In this document: positions 24,427 through 38,129 of the stretch, one piece after another
Numbering within the stretch: position 1 is the stretch's first letter
How the letters are laid out: each line of letters starts with the position of its first letter
Assembly (NCBI GenBank): GCA_001938485.1
Contig: MQRK01229959.1
Location: 1 to 63,797 of the forward strand
Direction: 5' to 3'
DNA from: Girardia tigrina
Lineage: Eukaryota
DNA: 63,797 bases
Made by a program: the position numbers and the translations under genes
The notes under the pieces: model-generated
The model's database searches: none
What the model saw: only the letters and a program-made list of their open reading frames with translations
Told to the model about the DNA's origin: nothing

Positions 24427-26496
24427 GGGAAAATATAAAAAATAGAATTTTTTTTGCTTAAATATAAAGTATAGATTTTTTTGCTTAAATATAAAACAGA
24501 ATTTTTATTGATGTAAATATAAAACAGAATTAATATAATAACAGAATATTACAGAATATAAAGCATAGAATTTTTATTGACGTAAATATAAAACAGAATT
24601 AATGATTTTCAATTCTCTGCAGCTTCTCTGAATCTAGTTATTCTTGGTCTGCCTCTAGCTCTTCCAGCTAATAGAGATAAAACGCCGTCTTTGGTTAAAC
24701 AATGAGATGAAAGTGGAACTATTTGCTCTGCATAAGATCTTGAATAGTTACTTCCTATAAAGAATTCTTCGGTAAAAATCATCGGATCTTGCTTCCAAAA
24801 TAGAATCACAGCGCATAAATCGCTGCAGGGAATGCCAAACACAAATATTCTTTTACAAGAGCATGTCTTCAAATTAAAATCTGTAATATACAGACAATTA
24901 ACTAAAAATATATCATTGCTTGACTGTTCATCAGAATAGAGTCGGCATATTGCAATATTGGATTCTAATCTTTTTGTTTGATTGTCAAAAATATAAACAT
25001 TAGGAACTTCATTTTTTCTGGTACTGAAAACTTCCATCTTGTAATTATTGATTGAAACAATTAAATTGCAAATATCTTTTGTGATAAACTTTTTTAGTGC
25101 AGAATTCATAGATTCTGCAGGATTTGATGTGTTCTGGCCATATCTTGGAAGGGGGTAATTTGAATTTGCCCAAGTGCTAAAAGGGTATAAAATCAGCATA
25201 TTGTAAAAATCCGGATTATCATGCCTGATTTCGTTCATGATTTGCTCGAAAACACTTTCGTCATATGTGTAAGCAGCAGTCCAAAACTTGCCTATTATCA
25301 CTTGATATCTAAATTTACTTGTAAGATTCTTTAATATATATATATATCGTATACAGTTAAATTTAACAGCTAATGGAACTACAATATTCTCTGCTGCAAG
25401 TAATCCGAGGTCATTACCAAACATTATTATTGTTTTATCATTATTAATGTTGAATTAGGATTCCAGGTTAGAAAGGAAAAACTTCCAGCTTTCTGCATTT
25501 TCTGATTTCACAACTGCAAATGCAAGTAGCACCAGCTGGTTTCTTCCATCCTGTGATACGGCTACTATCAGAGTATCCCAATCCTTGTTTGGACCTGAGA
25601 GAAAGGTTCCATAAACATTAATAACCTTCCTACTTTTGCTAAAAAAATCCTTAGTTGATTTCCAACTCATGTAGAATCTCTTAGAGGGCATCTTTTAAAC
25701 TTCTAGATCACATTTTATCAAATCTCGATCAAAACTAGATATCAAAGAGTTTGAATAGCTGTATGAATCGGTCAATATCATCTTGTTTCCGATCTAGCAG
25801 TATTAATTGCCTTATATGCAGTGAAATAAATGATTCTTTCTCCATTTTTCCTCCTAATGTGCTCCAAAAGGTCAGTTGGCTTCGTAGTAGTCAGGTCAAC
25901 CCTAGAAAGTTTTAGATTTTATCATACCATTTATAGGCTTGCAATCTGCAGCTCCTCTTTTGCATGAGTGAACCATATTAAATTTTGTTATAATGCATGC
26001 ATTTATACTATTCTTTATATGAGAATTGATATTAAATCTGCAATTTTCGTCACTACATCTAAGCTTAACACATTTTTTATTTCGCTGCAGAACTTTATAA
26101 CCAATGTTCTTAAGAGCAGCAGAGGCAGAGAAGATATCCATGAATTCCTGTATTGACGGGTACTGACTATTTTCTGGAAACTCGGATGACAACTTCATAG
26201 CTTTACTGTTGGTCACGGCTAAAGTTTCTGGTTGCATATTAAAGGACTAAAATCATTATCATTTTATTACGTAAATGATTCATTACAAAAAACTCACCGG
26301 CATAGTTATAATCGAAAATTCTTTTAGTATAATAATATATTTAAACAAAATTATTTCTTACATCTATTTTTATTTTTACATCAGAAAAAATTCTATGTTT
26401 CATATTTAAGAAAAAAAATCCTATGCTTTATAATTATGCAAAAAATTCTATTTCTTATATTTAAGCAAAATAAAATTCTATTTTTTATAACGCCCG
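24427..26496 (-). mobile_element. MULE/MuDR transposon with decayed transposase and SWIM finger
   Basis: ORFs with VYGTFL, ESWKFFL, TSNPAESMN, CSCK...IPCSD (SWIM H lost). GGG...CCC termini with inverted AT-rich subterminal repeats; 9-bp TSD TTTATTAAA (24418-24426, 26497-26505). Confidence 0.88.
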
Positions 26497-26659
26497 TTTA
26501 TTAAAAACAGGTTCGATGAAAAATTTTAAGAAAATTATTTAATAAAATTTTAATACGATGAAAAAAATGTCGATTTTTCAAATTTTTGATTAATAAGGTT
26601 TTGGATAAAATTGATTATAAAGAAAGTAATTACTAATAAAAGTAAATAATTATAATTAT

Positions 26660-27315
26660 ATATTTATAGACAATAAATTTTGACGGATCTACCTTCATCT
26701 TCAGGTCGCTAATGAATAATCAATTCACCTGTATATAAATACAAAAATGGTGATTATGTAATCGATTGCATGAAATCATGCTAATCAAAAATTCTCAATA
26801 AGCTGGTTGAGACTGCCGATTGAACATTGATTTTAGGGCAACGTGACATAATTAACAATGCTTCACGCGACACTCTCTCCCAATAACTGTCAAAATGCTT
26901 ACACAGAATTTTGAAATTATCAAAATTATCATCACATTTACATTTTTTTCCTATGTTCTGCAATATTACTCTTACTCTCTTTTCGACCATGTTGTTGAAT
27001 TCGTTTACATAAATGACGGGCAGTCTCTCCAATGTATGTGGCATCGCACCCATTACATTTATATTCATAAACAATATCAGAATAAAGTGATAAAGGTGTA
27101 ATAGATTTATTACTGAACATATTTTGAATTTTATGAGATCGTGATATAATTTTTAAATTTAATTCGTTGTTAGTTGTTTTTAACAATGAATTAAATTTAA
27201 AAATTTTTAAAAGGCTACGCTTAAACACAAACTTGGTCAGGATGGTTGATGGATTGATGTTCGGATCCAAAATTTTCAGTACTCTTATAAGTTTAGGAAT
27301 GTTGGAAGAAGACAA
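26660..27315 (-). mobile_element. Penelope-like element 3' fragment (GIY-YIG endonuclease plus pLTR with mutated hammerhead)
   Basis: YKCNGCDATYIGETARHLCKRIQQH...REALLI...PKINVQ; downstream GAC-CTGAAGA-TGAAGG-TAGAT-CCGTC-AAAA-TTTATT-GTC (26669-26707, GAAA changed to AAAA). Confidence 0.88.
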
Positions 27316-27974
27316 TTAACTTATAAAATCATACAATTTTTTAATTTCATAAAATCATACTGGATTACAATGTCACTAATGTCTCAGTGGATACTGTGGA
27401 TTAGCACAGGTGAGCCTTCATTGTTCAGAGGACGACCCAAAGATAGCCAATGGTGCACTTCAATGATATTTTCAGCCTTAGTGACATCAATGTTATTTTT
27501 ATGTTACTCACGAAATATCCTCAGTGAGAACAAATCACACCCAAGAATATTTCTTCTTTATCTTGAATTATAATTGTAGGATCCGTGCTCCAAAGGAAAA
27601 TACTAATTCCGCAATTGCGGAAAAGTACTCACAGAACCGTTGAGAAATGTGGAAACAAAATATCTGGATCATTTAGAATTAACTATGAGGAAGACAAAAA
27701 TATATGCGCAGGATCTGTTCGATCATGGTAGATGTGAAAACCTCATAACCGTTGTGAAATAGGTCAGCAACCTGAGAGCAACAAGCACATATTAACAACA
27801 AACAGTATACGTTCAATGTACTGACAACTGAATTTTCCGGAGAGTTATTTATTCTATGCGTATGACGTTTCTTAAAATTTGTTGGTAAAGTATCAATAAA
27901 AACTGTTGGGATTCACAGAAAATTTTGTCAATGTTCTGAGGTATGATTAAATGTGTTATATTGATTTTTAGCCT

Positions 27975-28268
27975 TGGGTCGCAAATGTTGCATTATCGAT
28001 GATGAAACTTATGTGCTCTGCGAGTTTTCTTAGCTACCCGGATAAGAATTGTACTCTGCAACTGAGAGGAGGAGTTGAAGAAACACTTAAAAGCAAGAAA
28101 AAATCAAAGTTTCCCAAAAATTTTCTTGTTTTTCAGGTTATATGTGGATGTGAGAAAAGGAGTAAATGTTTTGTCACATCTGCCGCAATAAACAAAGCAG
28201 CCTTTGTGAAGGAGTGCTTGCAAAAGCGTTTATTACCATTCATAAGTCAGCATGGAGGATCCACATAA
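27975..28268 (+). mobile_element. IS630/Tc1/mariner transposase fragment (DDETY type, DD37E-like)
   Basis: CIIDDETYV...KFPKNFLVFQVICGC...KECLQKRLLPFI. Confidence 0.6.
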
Positions 28269-29329
28269 TCTGTTTAAACTATTTTAAACATTTGCAATCA
28301 AGGTTTATTTCCATCTTCTTTTGCAGACCCTCATCCCACAAGTAAGCATACTCAAATTCGCTCAGAATCGTTTTTATTTTGACTTGAGATAACAAATTTC
28401 CTGTTCTACTTTATTCTTTCTCTATAAAAAACCGTAAGAAAAAATAAAAAATAAATGAAAAATGATTATTCAACTAAATCACTTTTAAAGAATTTAATTA
28501 GAGTGAAAATACAATATAGAATCTACTTTTTTATAAGTGGTACTCTCAATTTAAGTTTAAATGGGGAAAATTGTAATTATAAATTGTGTTTTTATTTATT
28601 TTTTTTTTGCTTTAACAATTTAAGTTTTTTTCTTTCGATAGAACGATATTTTCTGTTTAATTTAATAATTAATATTATTATAGTAAAAGGAAAAGATAAT
28701 ACTTTTATATTGATTATGCTTTTTAAGTACTCTAAAACTTACAATAATACCCCTTGAGGACTGGTGTTTTGAAAAAATGTTTTTAAAAAACTACGGGGAT
28801 TTGGAATAATTGAAGATATTTTGAAAAATTAATTTAATATTTACAAAAGAAATAAATAAATTTAAAAATAATATTTATGCATCTATTATTTTAGAAAAAT
28901 TCGATTCAGAAGATTCACAGGCTGAAATGGTTTGACTTATACTTTCACTTGAACTTTCAATTAAACTCGTCTACTTTTTTCCAATTTTTTTTGTCTTTAA
29001 TAATCTTTAGATTTATATAAGCAACTAGAATACACTTTTTAAAAATTCTTTATAATTTGATTTTCATCTAACAAATTCCATGAAACAATTATTGCTCTAT
29101 TAATTTATTGGATGGAGAATATTCGACAAACGAAAATTATCACTTATTAGTATGGCAACTTTTTATCAATTTAATCAACTTTTTTATAACTTGGAAAAAC
29201 ATTGAAACTTCCAAAATCATCTTGATATTTTACATAGTATGAGGAGATGCAAAGTTATAGGGGCCACATTAAAGAAACTTTTATGACACATTAAAATATG
29301 TAACATATACATGACCAAAGCTATTGCAG

Positions 29330-29785
29330 AATCCGAGTAATAAAAGCACATTATGCTTTCCTATTTATTAAAGCATACGTACACATGTACCCATAAATTT
29401 TAAATTCCTTGAATGTACTCTGCAATCTAAATCCAATTACCATTACCGAGTAACTGCCCTTGCAGACTGCAAAAGGATGCGCATCAAAGAACTACTTACT
29501 GGCCAAAAAGTGTTCCTCGTTATAGATGAAAGTGAAGTTTGAGGTAATTGGTAGCATAGACAATCCATATAAAACCATTATGGTGGATAACCTAGTAAGT
29601 AAATTGAGTGCTGATCATCAACATATTGGAAACCCAGTTTATGACCTTAAAAGTTTGAAGATTTTGCGAAATGATTTTTCAATAATTTTATCTGATGGTG
29701 CACGATTAATGGCATCTGCTGGTAATGTCTTGAAAGTTTTTCACATCTGTTTCATGTTACTTGTGTAACGCACATACTTCCCAAA
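29330..29785 (+). mobile_element. hAT-like transposase fragment
   Basis: LSDGARLMASAGNVLKVF followed, after a frameshift, by HVTCVTH (D-x-A...CxxH motif). Confidence 0.6.
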
Positions 29786-30009
29786 TAGAAATAATTTCCA
29801 AATCACTTACATTTAAATTGTTTACTAATTTCAAGATAAATATTAAATTTGATTCGTAAATTTATCGAAACGAAGTGTCTGAAGATTTTAAATCGGAAAT
29901 TCGCTAAATTTTACAAATAATACATTCTACACGAAATAGAGATATAACTACTTCAAGCTCTGTCATAATTTCACATTTCGATGGTTCAAGAAAAAAGGCG
30001 ATGCGTCGT

Positions 30010-30398
30010 CCAAACGATCAATACATTTGCATATGGAATCGATTATTGTGAATTGTGTGATGCCAGTGTTCTCGTGTCCCGAGGTATTTAGACGCGCGTA
30101 TGCCTGTTGGTTTGTGGGACGGCTTTCTGGCACCAATTTCACGAATGCGAACCCGGATCTCCTATTGAAAATGATGGGGAGTGGCGCTGCGTCTGAGCTC
30201 CTCTTGCAACAACAACATGAACATGTTGAAGATGTTGTTGGTTACCATCTCTTTCCATCCGTGTTGCAAAGTATTGTCCAAGTGTTTTATAATAAGATGA
30301 TCCTAACTGTTCTCGAAACGACCGATTGCTTGAAGAATGCAATCAGTTCGTTATTGGGGGATAAAATTGACGATAGCAAACAACTGATCATAATGTGA
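30010..30398 (+). pseudogene. Importin-7/8-like gene fragment(s), apparently intronless and internally deleted
   Basis: MESIIVNCVMPVFSCPEVFRRAYACWFVGRLSGTNF resembles the importin-7 segment MEYMLQNHVFPLF...YMRARACWVLHYFCEVKF (from memory). The rest of the ORF is not colinear with it. Confidence 0.55.
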
Positions 30399-32275
30399 AT
30401 CCTGAGCATAGTTGACAATGAACAAGCTCCTGTGTATCAATATTTTTTGTCGATTTTTCTACTTGCAAAACTATTTGCGTCCTTATGAGCCCGGACGTGG
30501 CGGCGGAAAAATCGAGTCAAAACAGTGCCTCCTTCCTCTCGTTGAGAAAATAGGCACAACATCATTTCTGCATATTATGATTTCCCAATTATTGACTTTG
30601 CTGAGGATCCTTGCAACATCCAGCAGTTTCTTCAAAACCAATAAGAGAAAAATTCTAATTTTATTGCCATTGTAACCCTAGCCGAAGATGACATTTCTCC
30701 TAGTCGGTACTGTGATCTTAACATTGACAAGCAATTTCAGTGTCTGTGGAAAGAAGTTTTTCAATGCTTAAAAAACCTTTGGTCAAAGGCCGACCATTTC
30801 ATGATGAAAATGTTAAAAAGTACTTACTCATGCACTATAATACCGTTACTTACTCACTTTAGCAGTGTATAGTACATATATAATATGAATGAATATTTGT
30901 ATGAATGCCTATCCCACTATTGCATTATTGTTTAAAAAATAAGATTTTTGTCTAAGATTTCTAACATAAGGCACATATTGCAATTCCTTCTATAATCCTT
31001 AAAACATTTATTGAACATCTTGAAAAATGTGTTCTTACAATACAATTTCAGCATTTGTATTGCAGTTACAGATTTAAGTGTAGAGAACAATCACTTAAAA
31101 AAGAAATGTTTTTATGTTGTCTTGGAGTAGTTTTACAACCCACCTAGTTTTTCCACAATAATAACTTAGCATTTGGAATTGATTTAAGATAAATTATAAA
31201 TAAACTCATGTTTACATCATCTGCTTTATATTACATGTATATCCTTAGAGGATAATCTATGGAGTTTGGAAAATCTGATGATCATTTCTCTCTTTGTCAT
31301 TCCTTACTTTACAGAAATTAAAATAAAAACTTTTAAAATTTTAAATACAAAGAAAACTTTACAAATTATATTGCTTTCAACTATATAAAAATATAATATT
31401 TTCGATATCATTCTCAATAATTTTTATAAAAAAAGAAATATAAGTATATATAGTCTGGAAAATTATTATTCATATACACATTTTTACAAAATAAATTTTT
31501 TAGACATTGATTTAAAATATAAATAAATGAACAATAATAATAATAATAATCATAATAATAATAATAATTAAAGAAAATATTTAAAGAAAATTGTCAAATA
31601 AAAGACAAATCGATAAATAATGTATAATTACGCGAATTTAAATCCAAACAAAAGTAAATTAGAACAATATATCAAAGTATTTTTAATTAAAAAATTATTT
31701 ATTTAAATTACTTCCTATTTCATGTAATTTAAATCAAATTACAAGCAACAATTAAACCATATAAAGTTGTATCCACACCGAGAGAGCACTCTCTAGGGGG
31801 TTCCGAGGAGATTTGAAGCAATTAACTGCAACTTATCTTCAAACAACAATGATAATAAACTAATTTCTGTATTCCGGAAGTGTTATTATAACCCATTATA
31901 AATCTTCTATCCCAAACGCTACAGGCTCTCCTATTATTCTTATCATTGTTAATCTAATTAATATTTCCTATTAAAGTTATAGTAAAGCAAATGTCTACTG
32001 TTATTTTAATAGAGTTGACATCAATTTGTATGAGCCATTTGTATTGCCCATTATCCTTCCTATCCCTACTGACAAATATGAATGATGAATATATTTATCT
32101 CGAGTTGATATTGTAACAGGCTTTCAATAACTTGATGCTCGGATATTTATTTATTATATATTTGACAGTCTAAATATTTCTATATATATATAAAATTTTT
32201 TGTGTAAGTTTACATTAAATATGTATTTTTGAATTATTTTTTAATAGATATTGTGACACAAAATCATGGGTTTAC

Positions 32276-32498
32276 CTGTATCTGCGTCTGTTGCGTTAAT
32301 TTGACCGACTAAGCGAAGCGGTTCGGTGTTCTCTATCACAGAAAATTGAGGTAAATTCATTGAAAATAAGGGAGGATTATCATTTGCATCAAGAACCGTT
32401 ATTCGAACTTCAACACTGGCAGTTTTGGGATCCACCAAACTATCTGTTACATGGACGGTAAACGTTATTGACGAAAGCTTCTCTCGGTCAAGCATATT
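32276..32498 (-). CDS. Protocadherin upstream exon (cadherin repeat boundary)
   Basis: NMLDREKLSS...VTD...VLDANDNPPLF...ENT...ATDADT. Acceptor TTTCAG at 32499-32500 and donor GTAAAC at 32275. The phase-1 junction to 15349 gives DADT-D-ENAEITFSL. Confidence 0.95.
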
Positions 32499-33701
32499 CT
32501 GAAACAACATATATTAAAGAATATATTTTGCAATAAAAAATGTTTTAAATGGTTTATTTGATTATTAACAGAAAAATTATGAAAATGTAAAATAAATCTA
32601 GAAAATGTATTTCTTTTAAATAATTATGAATAATTTTATAATATTAAATATGTTGAATTAATAATTTTTTTCTGAAATATTTATTATTTCTTCAGGGAAA
32701 ATAACTTTCTTCTAACGAAAATAACATCTCTGGGCACATAAATATTACAATTTATTAATATAAACATAGTCGAACTATATAAATTAGTGGAATGTTTTTA
32801 GCAAATGTCCCAAATTTTAGTTTGTATTTTAATTTAATAAAATATTTTTTTTAATAAAATATTATACGTTCAGCTTTACTTCTTTGAATGACCAAATCTT
32901 TTTTCATCCTTTCAATCAAAGATATATTATTACCTATTTAGTGTAACAACATGATACATCTATCACAAAAAGGTATACTTTGCAGACATTATATTCGTGG
33001 CTCCGACGCAACGCTTCCAATAGACGTCAACCATGCAACAATTTACACTGTATCTCTCATTAGTTCATAAATGGAAACGATACATTGTAGCACTTCTCTT
33101 AAGAATCCGTAGTTAAAATTCTAATAAAAAATTAAAATAAGTCAATCGCTTACAGTCAAAATAAACGTAAGAACCACCTTTGATCTCGTATATAAATTTA
33201 AATACATGTGTTGAGTGTAATGCTAACGACTGAAATGTGGGTAGAAGTAACGTTGGAGAACACAGAAGGATTCCAAACTTTCATAAAGACAAATAATTTT
33301 AAAATTGTATCCGTTTTTGTAGCTATTGAGACGGATCAGTATATGAAGTGTTATAAATTATATATTTAGATCCTGAAATAGTTGTGCAAACGGATCTCTC
33401 AACAACCTTATTGAGGGTATCACGTTAATATAACAACTGATCTATTAGATAAACATTGGTTTTTACTTTTCCTTCACCATCTGATAAAAATATTATTTTT
33501 ATAAATGTAATAATTTTATTTCTTTTATGAAAAAAATATTATTTTATTTTTATTTATTTTAATAATAAAAATGAAATTTAAATAGTTTCGAATGTTGTTT
33601 TGAAAAGTTTATTTATGTATTTAATTTTAGCGGATTAGTCTACGACACAGTAAGACTAAAGTGACGTTATTTGTAGCTATTATGAGTGGTTATGGTTATT
33701 A

Positions 33702-34980
33702 TTAGGTTGGTCGAAAAATAATGGCGGTTTTTGAGCTTTATACTTTGTTTATCTACTTTGATATGTATATAAGTTTAAATGCATTAGTGTTAGATATTAT
33801 TTGAAATCTTATGNNNNNNNNNNNNNNNNNNNNNNNNNNNNNNNNNNNNNNNNNNNNNNNNNNNNNNNNNNNNNNNNNNNNNNNNNNNNNNNNNNNNNNN
33901 NNNNNNNNNNNNNNNNNNNNNNNNNNNNNNNNNNNNNNNNNNNNNNNNNNNNNNTCGCAATATCAATAAAGCGTTTGGCAAGGGAACAGCTTCTGAGCGC
34001 ACAGTGCAACGATGGTTCCGAAAATTTTCTGATGGAGAAGAAAACCTTGAAGATGAAGAAGGTCGTGGTCGTCTAGTTGCTGTGAACAACGACAATTTGA
34101 GGATAATGGTGGAAACAGATCCCTGTACAACAATCAAGGGACTTGCAGATGGGTTGGGCATTAGTTATTCAACAGTCCTGGATCATTTAAAACAACTTGG
34201 AAAAATCAAGAAACTTGATAAATGGGTTCCACATGATTTGAATGAAAATCAAAAGAACCGACGCTATGAAATTGGTTCTGCTAATCATCTTCGCAATCAA
34301 AACAATGCATTTATTGATCGTATTGTTACCTGTGATGAGAAACGGATCCTGTATGATAACCGACGTCGATCTGCACAGTGATTGGACAAAGATGAAGTAC
34401 CGAAACACTTTCCAAAACCGAAACTAACACCCCGTAAGGTTATGGTGACAGTTTGGTGGTGTGATGCTGGAATCATCCACTATAGTTTCTTGAATCCAGG
34501 TAAAACAATCACAGCGGAGAGGTACTGTCATGAAATTGATGAAATGCATAAGAAATTGAAAACACTTTGTCCGGGATTGGTCAATTGAAAAAGTCCCATC
34601 ATTCTTCATTATAACGCTGGACCTCTTATTTCAAAAGTGACTGTTCAAAAGCTTAATGCGTTGGGTTATGAAACCCTACTTCATCCACCATATTCACCAG
34701 ACCTGTAGCCAACGGATTTCTACTTTTTCAGGCATTTGTACAACTTCCTATGTGAAAAAATTTTCAAAAACCAAAATGATGCTCAAAATACCTTCCAAGA
34801 ATTTGTCGCTTCGAGAACCAATCCATTTTATGCTGATGGAATAAAACAACTTGATTCTCGTTGGCAAAAATGTATTGATGCCAACGGTTTATACTTTGAT
34901 TAATAAACTTTTGTTTCTGTGAATTTGCACGTCTTTGAAGTTTGTGTCCCAAAACCGTCATTATTTTTCGACCAACCTAA
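33702..34980 (+). mobile_element. Full-length (1279 bp) inactivated mariner element
   Basis: 30-bp TIRs TTAGGTTGGTCGAAAAATAATG(G/A)CGGTTTT with TA TSD; WVPHDL, VTCDEK, HPPYSPDL motifs; in-frame stops. Confidence 0.95.
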
Positions 34981-35429
34981 TATAATTACAAGAGAAACGG
35001 TACTTTATGAATTGATTAATATGTAATTTGTTCAATTAATATTTACTTTTCCTCTTAAAATTATAAATAATACATTCATAATTCAAGAATAAATATTACT
35101 AATATATCTTTATAATTATTAACGATAACAATAAAAAAGGGGAAGGTTTTAATATGTATAAAGAAATACAATTTAGTCTGTCTAAATGTTTTCGCTTAAT
35201 AGCAAAGTAAAATCTTTTTTTTAGGTTGGTGAAAAAAATAATAATAACCAAAACAGCCCGGACTCAACACAATTGTTCAATATTATTATAAATAGTCGAC
35301 TTCATATATATTAATTCTTTTGATATTTGTGTTGCTTTGGTTATTCCTCTGTTGACCTTCTATGATCATTTGCAGGATTTATAATTTTCTGAGAATTTCA
35401 CTCTCTAATGCACTGATATAACTTTGTTG

Positions 35430-35660
35430 ATGTTTTTAAAATAACTCCCGCCTAACTCCCCATTTCTGAATTCAATTGGAAAAATATTTTTTTCTGTTTG
35501 GGAAAATTCCGTGAGAAGAGGAATGGCAATAAAGGAACATGAGTGAAAATCCTTAATATCTACAAAATTTGATGAGATAACCGGAGCAACATGTCAAAAC
35601 GTCTGTAGAAAAGTGCTTCTTTATATACAAGTCCATAAACAGCGAAGAAATATTGAAATA
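35430..35660 (+). mobile_element. Tc1-like transposase C-terminal remnant
   Basis: LPPNSPFLNSIG...FSVWENSV resembles LPPYSPFLNPIE...FSxWK. Confidence 0.5.
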
Positions 35661-35999
35661 AAATGTTCTTTTAAATGTTAAATCAGTATTTTTATTTTAT
35701 TTTATATTTTAAAAATATATTCGAATTGTACGTCAATGTAGAATTGGTTACATTATAACATTTTGTAAATCACAGATATTATTGATACTTGAACTGCATG
35801 TTTGCGCTGTATTTTTGCATTCTACAAAAAAAACTTTTTACAAAAATTGCAGATCAATTTCAAATTATTAAACAAGATAAAAATAATATTAATTACTATA
35901 AAAAATCGCTTCAATGCTGAAATTAATTAAAAACCTGATTTTTTTGTAAGTATTATTCATTTGGTTGCAAAAATTAATCATTTGAACGGCAAACACTAT

Positions 36000-36235
36000 A
36001 ATGCAAAAATAATGACTGTGTTATCGATTGCATTAAATCATGCTAATCAAAAATTCTCAATAAGCTGGTTGAGACTGTCGATCGAACATTGATTTAAGGG
36101 TAACATGACCTAATTAACAATTCTTCAGTTACCTGAAGGTGACGGTTTATCTGCCGAAATATTTTGTTTTTAAATATATTTTTTTAATGAATGAATTTGG
36201 TTTTTATTAAAATATTTTCATCCGAATTGAAGCTT
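36000..36235. mobile_element. Penelope-like terminal fragment with an inversion junction
   Basis: 36023-36120 matches 26760-26858 (minus sense). It is joined directly to a plus-sense degenerate hammerhead CTGAAGG-TGACGG-TTTAT-CTGCC-GAAA (36133-36159). Confidence 0.75.
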
Positions 36236-38129
36236 ATTTATATTTTATTTGTTTAATTATTTATTTATTTAGTGACTAAAAATGATTTTTTAAGACATTT
36301 TTTTTTATTTTTCATAAGACTGATTACATTAATTTTAATTAAAACATCAATGTTAGGCTTGTTCTTCCGTATTTTTTGGGTTTTAATGGAATCTGAGAAA
36401 GAAGAATTGCAAATGTCAGTCTCATTTTCTGTTGATGTAAAATCAGATTCCATGATACATTTTCATGTTCATGAATCCCGAACAACCACTCTACCATTTG
36501 CAAGACAAATTTTTTCGAAACATGTTATTATTTATATATAATGCATTGACTGTGAATATTCCAATATGTTTTATATGATTAGATCAAATAATTAATAAAC
36601 CTACAAGTTTTTAAATAATAAATGGCACTATTTACAAGATAATTACAAAATCGACAAACAGAAATTCATAAAATGTAATATTAAAAATGAACATCCTGGC
36701 AATAGATAAATCTCTTCTACCGGAAATAAATGTCATTAATTTAAATCGGTATTAAAATCTTCTTTTGTAAAGTTTATCTTAATGTTTTATTTTATTATCT
36801 ATTTCGATTAAATTTCCAAATATTTATTATGAAAAAATATTTTAGAAATTATATATAAAATTAGAAATTATATATTAGAAAAAATAAATTATTTTTTAAT
36901 GAAATATAAACACGTCAAAGACAAACAAAATTTAATTAAATTTATTCAAATTAAAATAATTTAAATAGTAATTAAAATATAAATTTCCTACTAGAAAAAT
37001 TTCTTTATTTTTCCTTTTATTTTCCTTCTTGTTTTAATAATAAATAATATTACAAAGAAACCAGAAAATCCATTCTCCTCTCTTCTATTTCCAGCAGACA
37101 ATTAAGAAGACAAATTGGATTTGCCAGAGTTCACATATCAAAGGAAATATTAGACGAAACCTTTTTAATAGAACTGAAATTAATATAAAAGACAGACAAA
37201 AAATATAATTAAATCTAATGGCTGTTTGAAATTAATAACTATTTGATTCTATTTTTCTATGATGACGATTTTATTTGTTTTAATATAAATATATTAATTA
37301 TTTTTAATTAATAGCTACGACATTGTAATTACATTTCGATAGATTTGTTTCTTTCTATTATATCCTGAAATTTAAGAAAAATAAAATGAAAATTTGAACA
37401 AAAATAAATAAAATATAATATTATTTTTTCTTGATTTAATTACATAAAATATTTGTTTACTTACATATTTTTAAATTATTATATTTCTTTTTTTTGTTTT
37501 GATATTTTAATTATGTTTAAATAAAGAAATAATTGTTTTTATTATTTTTTTACGGGAAAATGAAATAGGAAAACATAAAAAATAAAATTTTATATTTCTA
37601 ACGGCGTTATGGAAAATTTGTGACGGTGTTTTTATTATTTAAAATTATTTTATCTAATTTTAAGAAGCATTCGCAATACTTATAATTAGAATAAAAAACT
37701 GAGTTTCAATAAAAATCCGGGAATTTTACCGATTTTTGTGTCAAAAACAAACTTTTATCCCATCATAAGTCTAAAATTTAATCATTTTATGATTCGGAAT
37801 GCATTATTTCAAAATTAATAAAAATCAAACACATTGATTCTTTTAAAACGTGAAAAAATAAATAAATAATTGTAATTCGTAAGACTCAACAGTCTATATT
37901 TTTTGTTTTTTATTTATTGAAAGCCAGAAATAGAAAATATCTACCCTTAGACGACTTTGAAAAAAATAGACAAGCAAAATAAAGATAAATTCTAAAAATA
38001 TAATAATTAGCTCGATCAACTATAACAAATATATATATATATACATATATAAAATTAGAAAAAAAATTATTAAAATTTTAATATTATTTTATTATATATC
38101 AAACAGATATTTTTTAAAGAATTTTTTAA

